A stretch of 64,000 bases of DNA. It comes from Planctomycetota bacterium (GTDB taxonomy: Bacteria > Planctomycetota > UBA8108 > SXIK01). Shown here piece after piece: positions 18,634 to 28,878 of this stretch. The translations under genes were made by a program, and so were the position numbers. Location: assembly GCA_965223845.1 (NCBI GenBank), contig CBDCXR010000004.1, positions 7,776,001 through 7,840,000 of the forward strand. Reading direction: 5' to 3'. A model generated the notes under the pieces. That model did no database searches. It had not been told where the DNA came from and worked only from the letters and a program-made list of their open reading frames with translations. Position 1 is the stretch's first letter, and each line of letters opens with the position of its first letter.

Positions 18634-19950
18634 ATGAGTCCCGTCGCCCCGCGTCTCCTCAAGGGTTTCCGCGACTATCTTCCGGCGAAAATGATTCCGC
18701 GCCAGCGCATGCTGAGCGCGATCGAGGCGACGTTTCAGCGCTTCGGGTTCGCCCCTCTGATGACCCCGGTGCTCGAGCACCTCGACATCCTCGCCGGCAA
18801 GTACGGCGACGAGGGCGAAACTCTCATGTACCGCTTCGCGGACCGCGGTGGACGCGACGTCGGCATGCGCTATGACTTGACCGTCCCGCTCGCGCGGGTC
18901 GTCGCCCAGTACGACCTTCCGCTCCCGTTTCGGCGCTACCAGATCGCGCCGGTCTGGCGCGCCGAGAATCCGCAGCGAGGACGGTACCGCGAGTTCGTCC
19001 AGTGCGACGCCGACATCGTCGGGACGAAGGACATGGTCGCCGATGCCGAACTCGTCGAGCTGGCGTGTGAGCTCCTGGCCGCGCTCGGGGTGGACAATTA
19101 CCGAGTGCGAATCAACAACCGAAAGGTTCTCTCCGGCCTCATGCGCCGGATCGGCGTCGACGACGCGCCCGGCGAAATGGCGATCCTTCGGACGATCGAC
19201 AAGCTCGACAAGATCGGTGCGGACAAAACGCGCGAGCTCCTCGGCTCCGAGAACGGACTCTCGGCGGAGAGCGTCGATGTCGTGTTCGAGTTTCTCGAGA
19301 TCGCGGGAGATCCGCGCGCGATCCTCGCTCGCCTCGCCGAGCTGTTCCCGTCGGGCGAAGACATCGGCGGCGAAGGGCGAGTGGAGCTCGCCCAGGTCTT
19401 CGACATTTTGGAGGGCGTCGGACTCTCCGATCGAGTCGAGATCGACCTCTCGATCGCGCGCGGACTGACCTACTACACCGGAACGATCTACGAAACCTTC
19501 CTCACGAATCTCCCCGGCTACGGCGCCGTGATGGGCGGCGGCCGCTACGACGGACTGATCGGGAAGTTCAAAGGAAAGGAGATTCCGGGAGTCGGAATCA
19601 GCCTCGGAATCGATCGTTTGCTCGAAGCGTTGGTCGAGTTGGGCGTCCTCCGCGAAGAGGGAAGCGTCGCGCGCGTACTCGTCGCGGTGTTCGACGCGGA
19701 CACCGCACCCTACGCGCATCGCGTCGCGCAGGAGATTCGGCGCGCCGGTCACGCCTGCGAGCTCTTCTCCGCGAACGCGAAGTTGAAGAAGCAACTCCGC
19801 CACGCCGACCGGCAGGGGCAGCGCTGGGTCGTGATCGCCGGCAGCGATGAGATCGCGCGCGAAGAGGTCGCGATCAAAGATCTCGAGAGCGGCACGCAGG
19901 AATCCGTTCCGCTCTCGGGGCTCGGTGCATTTTTCGACCGCGCGAATTGA
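18634..19950 (+). CDS. hisS: histidine--tRNA ligase
   Basis: LKGFRDY, RYDLTVPLAR, GRYREFVQCDADI, ARGLTYYTG, GGGRYD; anticodon domain. Confidence 0.97.
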   Translation: MSPVAPRLLKGFRDYLPAKMIPRQRMLSAIEATFQRFGFAPLMTPVLEHLDILAGKYGDEGETLMYRFADRGGRDVGMRYDLTVPLARVVAQYDLPLPFRRYQIAPVWRAENPQRGRYREFVQCDADIVGTKDMVADAELVELACELLAALGVDNYRVRINNRKVLSGLMRRIGVDDAPGEMAILRTIDKLDKIGADKTRELLGSENGLSAESVDVVFEFLEIAGDPRAILARLAELFPSGEDIGGEGRVELAQVFDILEGVGLSDRVEIDLSIARGLTYYTGTIYETFLTNLPGYGAVMGGGRYDGLIGKFKGKEIPGVGISLGIDRLLEALVELGVLREEGSVARVLVAVFDADTAPYAHRVAQEIRRAGHACELFSANAKLKKQLRHADRQGQRWVVIAGSDEIAREEVAIKDLESGTQESVPLSGLGAFFDRAN

Positions 19951-20286
19951 GCGCGATGGGACGAGGTCTCCGGCGCGCTGGGTGGGAGGCAGGACGAATA
20001 CGCGCCGGTGATTCTCGGACCTCCGAGCCGGGCCCGCGGGCGTCGCAGCGATCGCCGACACTCCGGTAAGGTCCGAGCGACGAACCGTTCGCGCCGGGTC
20101 TTCGCCCGAGTGCAACATTCGCTTCAGCACGGAGAACGAGACGCTCGATCTCGGGAATGAGCGGATGACTCCCCGTCGAGTCAGAGACGCTCGCTCACCG
20201 TCGCCGAACGCGGAGGAGATCTCTGGCCGCGATCGCGCGGCTTTCCTCCGCGTCGTACCGGCGCCCGCCGAGATCGGAGCCCAGTC

Positions 20287-21312
20287 ATGCTGAATCGCTC
20301 GACGATTGCCGTCGCCGCGACGTTCGCGCTTGTTCTTTCCGTCGGATGTACGTCTGTTCGCAGCATCAGCTACGGTGATGGCTGGGTGCGAACGAGCAAT
20401 GTTTCGTATCAGTTCGTCGGTCCACCCGTCCTCCGAGACGCGAGCGGCAGCACGTATTCGGTCGAGGTGACGGGGTTCGACGCGCCCGCGGCGATCTCGA
20501 TCGCCCCGTTCGATCGCCACGGCATGCGCGGAGCGAGCACCGGACGCGGGGATGTTCGAGTCGAGATCGAGCTGGGCGAAGTTCGCCAAGAAGAGCCCGG
20601 CGCGATGAAGCTCGGCGCGAAGTGGTACCCGGCGTTCGAAGTCTCCGTGCCCTACGAAGTCGGAGTTCGGCGGGGCGCGGAATCACTCGCTGAACGAAGC
20701 GGTGTCTACACGAACGTGCTGACGTTCAATCAGATGCCCGGCTTCCCGAGTCGCGAAGAAGCCGTGGGCGCACTCGACGCGATCCGTCGGCTCGCCCAAA
20801 AACGCATCGACGAAGAAGAACGAGCGAAAGCCTTCGTGCAGGCGAAGAAGCGAGCGGGCGAAGCAGCGTCGCGTCTTTTTCAGGAGCGGAACATCTCGCT
20901 CGAGGTTCCGGTCGTCCGCTCGGCGGCCGGGCTCGATCTCGAGGGGGTCTACGCCCTCGTCGCGAGTGCTCGGAGCCCGGAGCAAGTTCGCACCGCGCTC
21001 ACGGAGTACGAATCGATCGGCATGGAGCACGCGAAGGCGGACGGAACACCGAACCAGACGGCCAATTACGGGGTCGCGTGCGGAATCGCTGCGTGCAGGC
21101 TTCTCTTGCGAGATCTCGCGGGTGCGTGGAGCGCCTGTGTCCGCGCCTCGGAATTCGAGCCGCGCGGCGAAGAGGCGGACACGATTCGCTCGGTCATCTA
21201 CCGCCAGGAGATGATCACGGGCGTGCGCGTGATCCCCGACGAGGACCGCGCGCGAATCGAAGCCGCCGAGCGGGCGGCGAGCGCGCTCGAGGGGATGTTC
21301 CGAGCGTTTTAG
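20287..21312 (+). CDS. putative lipoprotein with C-terminal TPR-like helices
   Basis: Signal peptide ending LSVGC; clean codon usage; no family recognised. Confidence 0.7.
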   Translation: MLNRSTIAVAATFALVLSVGCTSVRSISYGDGWVRTSNVSYQFVGPPVLRDASGSTYSVEVTGFDAPAAISIAPFDRHGMRGASTGRGDVRVEIELGEVRQEEPGAMKLGAKWYPAFEVSVPYEVGVRRGAESLAERSGVYTNVLTFNQMPGFPSREEAVGALDAIRRLAQKRIDEEERAKAFVQAKKRAGEAASRLFQERNISLEVPVVRSAAGLDLEGVYALVASARSPEQVRTALTEYESIGMEHAKADGTPNQTANYGVACGIAACRLLLRDLAGAWSACVRASEFEPRGEEADTIRSVIYRQEMITGVRVIPDEDRARIEAAERAASALEGMFRAF

Positions 21313-21417
21313 TCTCGCCACCTCGCTCGTCCAACGTCGCTTGGTTCGCGTTCTCGCATCGCCGTGGCTACGCATGAGCGACGGATTCGCGAGCGCCGGT
21401 TTCGATCGGAACACGTT

Positions 21418-21948
21418 CTAAGCGCGAACGACGAACGCGCTGTGTAGCACGCGCGCCGTCAGTCCCCACACTTCTTCGCCGTCGACGAGAAAGCTCGGGA
21501 ACGAGATCCGACCCGCGCTCGATTCGATCCACTTCGTGCGTTCGCGGAAGAGCCCCGGAGTGATCTGCGAGAGCGGGAGGTAGAGAGTCCGCTCGACCTC
21601 GGCCGGCGCCGGCCGGATCTCGACCCCGTCCGCGATCGCGCCGACGAACGGTTTCACGCGGTGGCCGAGCCCCGTTTCATGCCAGCCCAGAACGCGTACG
21701 TCGTTCACGGCGCGGGGAGGGATCCCGACTTCCTCTTCGGTCTCGCGAAGGGCGGTCTCGAGGAGGGTCTCGCCCGGCTCGCGCCGCCCGCCCGGGAACG
21801 AAACCTGACCGGAGTACTGCCGGAGACTCTCCGGCCGCTTCGTGAAGAGGACGCACGGTTCACCGTTCCGCTCGAGGATGGGAACGAGGACCGCGAACTC
21901 GCTCTCCGGCGTCACGAGCGCGCAGCCGCCGTCGACGGAAGTCTCCAT
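21418..21948 (-). CDS. Nudix hydrolase, CoA pyrophosphatase type
   Basis: FTKR...YSGQVSFPGG...ETALRETEEEVG; VWGLTA. Confidence 0.92.
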   Translation of the reverse strand: METSVDGGCALVTPESEFAVLVPILERNGEPCVLFTKRPESLRQYSGQVSFPGGRREPGETLLETALRETEEEVGIPPRAVNDVRVLGWHETGLGHRVKPFVGAIADGVEIRPAPAEVERTLYLPLSQITPGLFRERTKWIESSAGRISFPSFLVDGEEVWGLTARVLHSAFVVRA

Positions 21949-22010
21949 TCGCCCGAGTCGATCGGCGGGCCGCCGGCCGTGATGCTCCAGCTAGCGACCA
22001 TCATCGCGGG

Positions 22011-22352
22011 CTAGATCGAAAAGGACTCGCCGCAACCGCACGTGCCGGTCGCGTTGGGGTTGTTGAAGACGAACCCGCGTCCCATGAGCCCGTCGTGAAA
22101 GTCCACCTCGACTCCTTCGAGGTAGAGGTTGCTCTTCTGGTCGACGACGACCTTCACGCCCTTCAGCTCGTGAATCTTGTCCTCGTCCTTGACGTTCTCA
22201 TCGAATCCCATCTTGTACGTGAAGCCCGAACACCCGCCGCCGACGACCATCAACCGAAGCGCCGCATCGGCGGCGAGATTCTCGCTGGCCACTTCCTTGG
22301 CCATGATCGTTTTCAGCTCTTCGGCCGCTTTGTCGGTGAGTTGAATGGACAC
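22011..22352 (-). CDS. iscA: Fe-S cluster A-type carrier (IscA/HesB family)
   Basis: GGGCSGF and FNNPNATGTCGCGESF. Confidence 0.93.
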   Translation of the reverse strand: MSIQLTDKAAEELKTIMAKEVASENLAADAALRLMVVGGGCSGFTYKMGFDENVKDEDKIHELKGVKVVVDQKSNLYLEGVEVDFHDGLMGRGFVFNNPNATGTCGCGESFSI

Positions 22353-22720
22353 GGGCGAATGGACCTCCTCGAGAGCGTCGGCGTGACCCGGTCGGCGCGA
22401 TCGATCATCGCATCGGGCCGGGAATCGATTCTGACGAGATTATAAGAGGAGTCGCGGCCGATTGCGGGGCTCGTTTCCGGCGTTCCGTGCCTCGAGAGCG
22501 CTCGCGCGGGGGGAGGCGGGGTTTCCGAAGGCGTCGTTGCAACAATCATCGGGCGGACATACGATTTCCGGGACGGAGCGTTGCCTCGAGACTTCCCGTG
22601 GATCAGAGATCGCCAAGGCGCGAGAATCGTCGAGGAGACGCCGGGGAAGGAGGCGCTGCCGGAGGCCAGCGGAATCGGGTCTCGGGCTCAGGGGCGGAGG
22701 CGGCACCGAGAGTGAAGAGG

Positions 22721-24667
22721 ATGACCGAAGAGGCGGCCGCGGAAGACGCGGCGGGTGCACCGGAGGAGGACGACCGCGAGCGCGAACCGCGCGCGCGATC
22801 GAGGGCCGTCGCGCGAGTCCCACGGGGACTCGGGCGAACGGAGCGCGGCGCCGCGGTGACTCTGGCCCTCTTGCTCGCGCTGGTCCTTCTCCTCCAGCAT
22901 CAGCTGCGTGAATCGACCTCGTCACGGCCCGAAGCCCGAGAGGAGCTCGCGACCGCAAACCCCGGTCGAGCTCCGGGCGGCGACTCGCTCAGGTCGGCCC
23001 CGACCCGCGCTGCGCGAAGCGTCCCGGTGGTGTTCGCGGCGCTCTCACCGGCACCCTCACGCGGAGATCTCTTGCGCGGCCGGGTCGTCGACACGTCGGG
23101 GCGACCGCTGGTCGCCGCCGCCGTGGCGCTCGGGCGAAAGCGATCGACGACCGATGACCGCGGACAGTTCGAGATCGATCGCGGGCGGTCGTCGCTCAGC
23201 GTATCGCACCCGGCCGCTTGGCCTTCGACTCTCGAGCGTGCGGCGCTCCGACTCCTCGGCGAAGCCGGGCGTTGGGAATCGAGCACCGCTCCCATCGCGG
23301 CGGATGCGCCGGGCGCCTCGGCGCCGTCGGTTCCCATCACTCTCGTTCGCGCCCTCCGCGTTGCGGGACGGGTTCTCGATGCCGAAGGGCGTCCACTCGA
23401 CGGCGCTCGGGTCGTCTTTTCGAGTGGCCAGCGGCTCTGGGAGCTCGCCGCTGACGAGCGAGGAGAGTTCGCCGGCGGGCCGCTCCCTGTCACGGAGTAC
23501 GAAGTCGTCGCGATCCACCCTCGCGCGATTCCCGCTCGACGTTCTCTGCGGCCACCCCACGAATCGCCCGACGATCTTCGCTTCGTCCTCGACGCCGGCG
23601 TCCCGCTCGAGGTGACCGTGCGCGGAGAGAACGGGGTCGACGTCGTCGCCGGCGCGGAAATCTGGACCCGGGCATCGGCAGCGGTCGGCGAGGAGGCGAA
23701 CTGGGTCCAGCTCGGCTGGACCGACGCGAGCGGCCGGCTCGAGACGGGGCGACCGCGCGGACCGTGTCGCCTCCGCGTCGTCGCGCCCGGATTTCACGCC
23801 ACCACGCGGCCCGTTCTCGGTCGCGGCGTCACGGTCCGACTGGCGTCGGCCCCGTCGCTGGCGGGAACTGCCGTCGACGCGTCGAGCGGCCTCCCGATCG
23901 CGCCGCTCGACGCCGTTCTGGAATGGCGGGGGCCGTGGGGGTTTGCCGCGACCGACGTCGAGCAGAACCTCCGCGTCGAGGCGGACGGGACCTTCGTCGC
24001 GTCGCTCCCACCGCGACCGGGCGTCTACCGCGTGCGCGTCTTCGGACGCGGCGGGCGCGAGGGCCACTCCCGCCCCCTGCGGGTCGACGGCGGCGCCTCG
24101 GTCGACGGCATCCTCGTCTCGGTCGCCCGCGATGCGGAGATCGTCGGACGGGTCTGGGGGCCGTCGGGCGGGGCCCGCGTCGAGCTTCTTTCGCTCCCCG
24201 CACCGGGTACCGAAGCGGATTCTCTCTACGGCGTATCGGTTCCCGCGGCGCATCGCGTCATCGACTCTCGCACGCTCGACGCCGGCGGTGAGTTCGCGTT
24301 TCGCGGAGTTTCGCCGGGACTCTACCGCCTCCACGTGTGGATCGCGGGATTCCGCGAGTACTACTCCGCGGTGCTGACGCCTCCGATCGACCGCAAGGTG
24401 CCCATCGTCCTCGAAGAGGGAGTCGAGCTGCGCGGCGCCGTGCGGGTCGCGGACGGCTCGCCTGCCGCGGGGGTACCGATCATCCTTTTCGATCGCACGC
24501 TGCGCCGCTCGCTGATCTCGTCCGGAGAGGGTCGCTACGCCTTCTCCGATCTTCCGCCCGGGCGCTACTCGCTCGTCGTTGCGCCGCCGGGCGGTCTCTC
24601 ACCGCTTCGACGTGAGGTGACGCTTCCGGCGCGAGGCCGTCTGACGTACAACCTTCACCTCCGCTGA
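22721..24667 (+). CDS. carboxypeptidase-regulatory-like beta-sandwich repeat membrane protein
   Basis: N-terminal TM; repeated GRVVD..GRPL..A.V / TD..GQF / LPPGRY motifs. Confidence 0.8.
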   Translation: MTEEAAAEDAAGAPEEDDREREPRARSRAVARVPRGLGRTERGAAVTLALLLALVLLLQHQLRESTSSRPEAREELATANPGRAPGGDSLRSAPTRAARSVPVVFAALSPAPSRGDLLRGRVVDTSGRPLVAAAVALGRKRSTTDDRGQFEIDRGRSSLSVSHPAAWPSTLERAALRLLGEAGRWESSTAPIAADAPGASAPSVPITLVRALRVAGRVLDAEGRPLDGARVVFSSGQRLWELAADERGEFAGGPLPVTEYEVVAIHPRAIPARRSLRPPHESPDDLRFVLDAGVPLEVTVRGENGVDVVAGAEIWTRASAAVGEEANWVQLGWTDASGRLETGRPRGPCRLRVVAPGFHATTRPVLGRGVTVRLASAPSLAGTAVDASSGLPIAPLDAVLEWRGPWGFAATDVEQNLRVEADGTFVASLPPRPGVYRVRVFGRGGREGHSRPLRVDGGASVDGILVSVARDAEIVGRVWGPSGGARVELLSLPAPGTEADSLYGVSVPAAHRVIDSRTLDAGGEFAFRGVSPGLYRLHVWIAGFREYYSAVLTPPIDRKVPIVLEEGVELRGAVRVADGSPAAGVPIILFDRTLRRSLISSGEGRYAFSDLPPGRYSLVVAPPGGLSPLRREVTLPARGRLTYNLHLR

Positions 24668-24816
24668 CGCCCGCCGCGGTGGGAGACGCTCGGTCACTCA
24701 CTCGCCGCCCCTTCGCCCGGGATTGGGGTAGAATCACGCATCGACCCCGCCCCTTCGCTCGAATCCGATTCGTTTCCGACCGACGATCATCTTCCCAGCA
24801 CACTCCGTCCTTCTCG

Positions 24817-25989
24817 ATGAGCTGCATCTATCTCGACCACAACGCCACGACGCCGGTGGATCCGCGTGTCCTCGAGTCGATGCTGCCGTATTTCTCCCGC
24901 GAGTTCGGCAACGCATCGAGTCGCGGACACGAGTTCGGCTGGCGCGCCAAGGAGGCCGTCGAGGCGGCGCGGGCGCAGGTTGCCCGGTGTCTCGGAGTCT
25001 CGAATCGCGACGTCCTGTTCACTTCGGGCGCGACGGAGGCCGACAACATCGCGATCGTGGGGCTCGTCGAAAAGGCGCGGGCGCAGAACGGCGGGAAGCC
25101 CGTCCACGTGGTGTCGCAGGCAACGGAGCACCCCGCGGTGCTCGATCCTCTGGCGGCCCTCGAAAAGAGGGGCGACAGCGTCACGCTGCTACCGGTCGAT
25201 CGCTCGGGACGAGTCGATCCCGACGCGGTGCGGAACGCGATCCGACCGGAGACCGTGCTCGTCACGATCATGGCCGCGAACAACGAGCTCGGCACGGTCG
25301 AGCCTGTCGCCGAGATCGCGGCTGTCTGTCGCGAGGCAGGCGTGCGATTCCACACCGATGCCGCGCAAGCGGTCGGCAAGATTCCGATCGACGCCCGCGA
25401 GTGGGAGTTCGACCTGCTCTCCCTCTCGGGACACAAGTTCTACGCGCCGAAGGGCGTCGGTGCGCTCGTCGTGTGCTCGCGCTCGCCGCGGATACGGCTC
25501 GATCCCGTCGTCCGAGGCGGCGGGCAAGAGCGCGGGATTCGACCGGGGACGCTCAACGTCCCCGGCATCGTCGGGCTCGGGGAAGCAGCGCGAATCGCCG
25601 CCGAGGATCTCGCCGGAGAGGGGCCGCGGATCGCGCATCAGCGAGATCGTCTCGAAGCGGGGATTCGCGCGGCGCTCGACGGAGTCACCGTGAATGGACC
25701 GTCAAGCGGAGACGCGGTCGAGCGCGTCCCGGGCACGACGAATCTCAGCTTCGACGGCGTCGACGGGAACGCACTTCTCGTCGGACTGAAGGAGATCGCG
25801 GTCAGCTCGGGTTCCGCGTGCGCATCCGGAAACACCGATGTTTCGCACGTTCTCAAGGCGATCGGCGTGTCGCCGGAGCGCGCTCTGGCGAGCGTACGGA
25901 TCTCCGTCGGGAGAGGGACGACCGACGCCGAGATCGAGCACGCGATCGCCCACGTTGAGACGGTTGTCCGGGAACTGCGTAGGAGATAG
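24817..25989 (+). CDS. iscS: cysteine desulfurase
   Basis: IYLDHNATTP, FTSGATEA, HTDAAQ, SGHKFYAPKG, SSGSACAS. Confidence 0.93.
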   Translation: MSCIYLDHNATTPVDPRVLESMLPYFSREFGNASSRGHEFGWRAKEAVEAARAQVARCLGVSNRDVLFTSGATEADNIAIVGLVEKARAQNGGKPVHVVSQATEHPAVLDPLAALEKRGDSVTLLPVDRSGRVDPDAVRNAIRPETVLVTIMAANNELGTVEPVAEIAAVCREAGVRFHTDAAQAVGKIPIDAREWEFDLLSLSGHKFYAPKGVGALVVCSRSPRIRLDPVVRGGGQERGIRPGTLNVPGIVGLGEAARIAAEDLAGEGPRIAHQRDRLEAGIRAALDGVTVNGPSSGDAVERVPGTTNLSFDGVDGNALLVGLKEIAVSSGSACASGNTDVSHVLKAIGVSPERALASVRISVGRGTTDAEIEHAIAHVETVVRELRRR

Positions 25990-26039
25990 ATGATCGTCGA
26001 CGTTTCGTCCCGCGCGCGCACCGTGCTTCGCCCCCGCCC

Positions 26040-26807
26040 ATGACGTCCTCAAAGCCGTCCCGCTCTCGCCGCCGCTCTCGCCGCCGTTTTCGTCGAGTCT
26101 TCCGCCCCGTCCGAAACTTCTGCGTCGTTCACCTCGGCGTGCCGCTCATCAAGCTCTGGATGTGGACGCTGCGCGTGCGCTGGCGCGGAGTCGCTCAGAG
26201 GAGCGGTCGGCGACTCTGGGTACCGCGCCCCGCCGTGTTTGCGGTATGGCATGAGGATCTCGCGCTCGTGACGAGCATCTTCCCCGTAAGCCGAGTGCAA
26301 GCGCTCGTGAGCGAACACTCCGACGGCGAGATGATCGCGCGCATCATGGCGCGCTTCAACATCGAGACCGTCCGCGGCTCGACCACTCGCGGTGGGATCA
26401 AGGCCGTCCTCGAGCTACTTCGTCAGGGAGAGGATCTGGCGATCGCCGTGACACCCGATGGTCCACGCGGACCGAGACGCACGGTGCAGATGGGTGTCCT
26501 CTATCTCGCCTCGAAGACGGGAGCCGCGATCTACCCCGTCGGCGTCTATACGAAGCCTCGGAAGGAGCTCTCCACTTGGGACCGAATGGCGCTTCCACTC
26601 CCGTTCGGCCGCGCCCTGTGCTACGTCGACGAGCCGATCACCGTTCCGCCCGATCTCGACCGGAATGGGCTTCGGGAGTACCGCGATCGGGTCGAGGAGC
26701 TCCTGCGAAAGAGCCGCGAACGAGTCTCCGAGTCGTTCGAGGAGGAGTACGCTTCCGCGCGTCCCTTCGGCCGACTCGAGAATGCCGGAGCCGAAGGGAG
26801 CGGATAG
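26040..26807 (+). CDS. DUF374 lysophospholipid acyltransferase family protein
   Basis: AVWHE, SEHSDGE, VRGSTTRGG, TPDGPRGP, WDRM.LPLPF. Confidence 0.88.
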   Translation: MTSSKPSRSRRRSRRRFRRVFRPVRNFCVVHLGVPLIKLWMWTLRVRWRGVAQRSGRRLWVPRPAVFAVWHEDLALVTSIFPVSRVQALVSEHSDGEMIARIMARFNIETVRGSTTRGGIKAVLELLRQGEDLAIAVTPDGPRGPRRTVQMGVLYLASKTGAAIYPVGVYTKPRKELSTWDRMALPLPFGRALCYVDEPITVPPDLDRNGLREYRDRVEELLRKSRERVSESFEEEYASARPFGRLENAGAEGSG

Positions 26808-26867
26808 ACTCGAGGGCAGGAGTGACCGGTGAGCGTATCGCGGCGGAGGATCTCGAGAGGAATCAAG

Positions 26868-27761
26868 ATGCAGCGGTTTCCCGCCGAACGAGTCGTATTG
26901 ACCGTCGTCCTCGTCGCTTCGGTGTCCGCGTGGGGAAACGACGAGAAGCGGAAGACGGTACCCGTCGTCGCGGAGCCGATCGCCGGGTTCGAGCCTGTCG
27001 CGAAGAACTCGCAGGGATTCGTCGAGTACCGTCACAAGAAGACCGGAATCGTCATGGTGCAGATCCCCGCCGGATCGTTCGTCATGGGGAGCGCGAAGTC
27101 GAAGTTCGCCGATGGCGATGAGCAGCCGCCGCACCGAGTCGAGCTCGACGCCTTTCTGATCGCGAAGCACGAAGTGACGCAGGCGGAGTGGGAGCGTGTC
27201 ATGGGGTCGAACCCCGCGGCGTTCTCCCCGAGCGGGATCGGACAGCGCCGACTGAAGAAGGGTGCCGACACCGCGTCGTTTCCCGTCGAGATGATCACTT
27301 GGGAGGACTGCGAGCGATTCTGCCGCGCGACCGGGCTGTCGTTCCCGACCGAGGCACAGTGGGAGTACGCCTGTCGGGCGGGAACGAAGGGCCACTTCAG
27401 CGGAAACGGCAAGCTCACGCAGATGGGTTGGTGCCGCGCCAACAGTCGACGGACCCAGCCGGTCGGGACGAAGTCGCCGAACGGATTCGGTCTCTACGAC
27501 ATGCACGGCAACGTCGCCGAGTGGTGCGCCGACATCTACGACCGCGACTTCTACAAAAAGCCGGCTTCACGCACGAAGAATCCTCGAGCCGACGAACCCC
27601 CGGCCGGGGGTTTTGTGAGCCGAGTGGTCCGCGGCGGGGGTTGGCTCGACAAACCGGCGAGGCTCCGCTCGTCGGCCCGGAGCGATCTCGTTCCGTCGAA
27701 GCGGAGCGACCACATCGGATTTCGTCCGGTGTTTGTGCGCGCACCGAACGCTGATTCGTAG
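26868..27761 (+). CDS. formylglycine-generating enzyme (SUMF1) domain protein
   Basis: IPAGSFVMGS, HEVTQ, PTEAQWEYACRAG, PNGFGLYDMHGNVAEWC, RGGGW, IGFR. Confidence 0.92.
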   Translation: MQRFPAERVVLTVVLVASVSAWGNDEKRKTVPVVAEPIAGFEPVAKNSQGFVEYRHKKTGIVMVQIPAGSFVMGSAKSKFADGDEQPPHRVELDAFLIAKHEVTQAEWERVMGSNPAAFSPSGIGQRRLKKGADTASFPVEMITWEDCERFCRATGLSFPTEAQWEYACRAGTKGHFSGNGKLTQMGWCRANSRRTQPVGTKSPNGFGLYDMHGNVAEWCADIYDRDFYKKPASRTKNPRADEPPAGGFVSRVVRGGGWLDKPARLRSSARSDLVPSKRSDHIGFRPVFVRAPNADS

Positions 27762-28006
27762 GCCGTCGCCTCGAGCTCGGCCCGGCTGACGGACGCGGGG
27801 ATCGCCGATACCGTGTCTCGATTCGCCTGGGTGGTGATCTGCCGCGGCGTCCCTTCAAAAAAGTCCTCCGCGACGATCCCTACGCCTCCGCTCGGGTCGA
27901 TCCGTGGACGACCTCGCGGCCGCGATCCGCGAGCGCCGACCTTTCGGCGAGTTTTCGACAAAGATTCCCGTCCGGTGCGAGTGTCTCTTGCGATGGACGA
28001 AACACG

Positions 28007-28528
28007 ATGACGGGACTCGATCGGGCGAGCTACCGCGGAGAGCTGAAGCGGATCTACGAATCGAGCCGGAGCGGACTCTTCCGCACTGCGCTCGCGGTGA
28101 CCCGCTGTGCGGCGCTCGCGGAAGACGCCGTGCACGAGGCCTTTCGAAAACTCCTCTCGACCGAGCGGCGGATCGAAGATCTTCGGGTGTACGTCTATCG
28201 CGCAGTCCGGAACGCGGCGGTGGATGTGGCGTCGCGCGACGCGCGCGAGCGCGTCGAGCCGTCGTGGACGGCCGACGAGACCCTCGACGGGGCGGCAGGA
28301 CCGTGGGAGCGCGCCTCGCGGCGCGAAGAATCCACCGCGCTCATCGGGGCGCTCTTCGCGCTGCCCGAGGACGAGCGTTCGGTCGTCGCGCTCCGAGTGT
28401 ACGGCGAGCTGACGTTCCGCGAGATCGCGGTCGCGCTCGACGTGCCCGAGGCGACGGCGTCGAGCCGGTACTACCGGGCGCTCCGGCATCTCAGATCGAA
28501 ACTCAAGGAGCCCTTATGGAAGACGTAG
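28007..28528 (+). CDS. ECF RNA polymerase sigma factor
   Basis: AEDAVHEAF (region 2); LPEDERSVVALR..LTFREIA..LDVPEATASSRYYRA (region 4). Confidence 0.92.
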   Translation: MTGLDRASYRGELKRIYESSRSGLFRTALAVTRCAALAEDAVHEAFRKLLSTERRIEDLRVYVYRAVRNAAVDVASRDARERVEPSWTADETLDGAAGPWERASRREESTALIGALFALPEDERSVVALRVYGELTFREIAVALDVPEATASSRYYRALRHLRSKLKEPLWKT

Positions 28529-28878
28529 AGCGAGCGCTTCGCGAGCTCCCGCTCCGCACACCGAGCCGACGGCTCGATGCGCGGATCGGCGCACTTTTCC
28601 GCGCGGAGGAAACTCCCGCCGAGCCGTCGCGGCCCGTGCGTGTCGGCGGCGGTGTGGCGGCTGCGGCTTGTATCGTCGCGGGTGTCCTCGGATTCGTCGC
28701 CGGGCGCACCTCGGCGCCTCGCGCAGATCTTTCCCTCAGCGAACGAAGCCCGGCGCGCGTTCGGGTCGTCTTCGAGTCATCGCGCGGTCCGAACCCGTTC
28801 GACCTGACGCGGAGCGAGGCCAGCGGGTCGGGTGAATGGCGTTCGCAGGTCCGATTTCCCAAAGGAGAGAGCCGATGA
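28516..28878 (+). CDS. probable transmembrane anti-sigma factor
   Basis: AAGGAG RBS; overlaps the ECF gene; single TM VAAAACIVAGVLGFVAG. Confidence 0.65.
   Translation: MEDVERALRELPLRTPSRRLDARIGALFRAEETPAEPSRPVRVGGGVAAAACIVAGVLGFVAGRTSAPRADLSLSERSPARVRVVFESSRGPNPFDLTRSEASGSGEWRSQVRFPKGESR

Noticed and set aside
19951-20286. Inverted repeat ctcggacct...aggtccgag downstream of hisS
   Set aside because: Short GC-rich stem with no U-tract or recognisable ncRNA motif.
18427-20589. Long antisense ORFs (e.g. 720 aa opposite hisS, 677 aa opposite baseplate J, 448 aa opposite serS)
   Set aside because: Typical antisense shadows of high-GC genes; they overlap well-supported genes and carry no motifs.
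22531-22543. 13-mer gcgtcgttgcaac, also found at 54291-54303, both intergenic
   Set aside because: Only two copies near unrelated genes; compatible with chance in GC-rich DNA.
22011-25989. iscA and iscS as selenium-delivery partners of the candidate selenoprotein
   Set aside because: They lie more than 30 kb away, have ordinary Cys motifs, and show no sequence evidence of a link.
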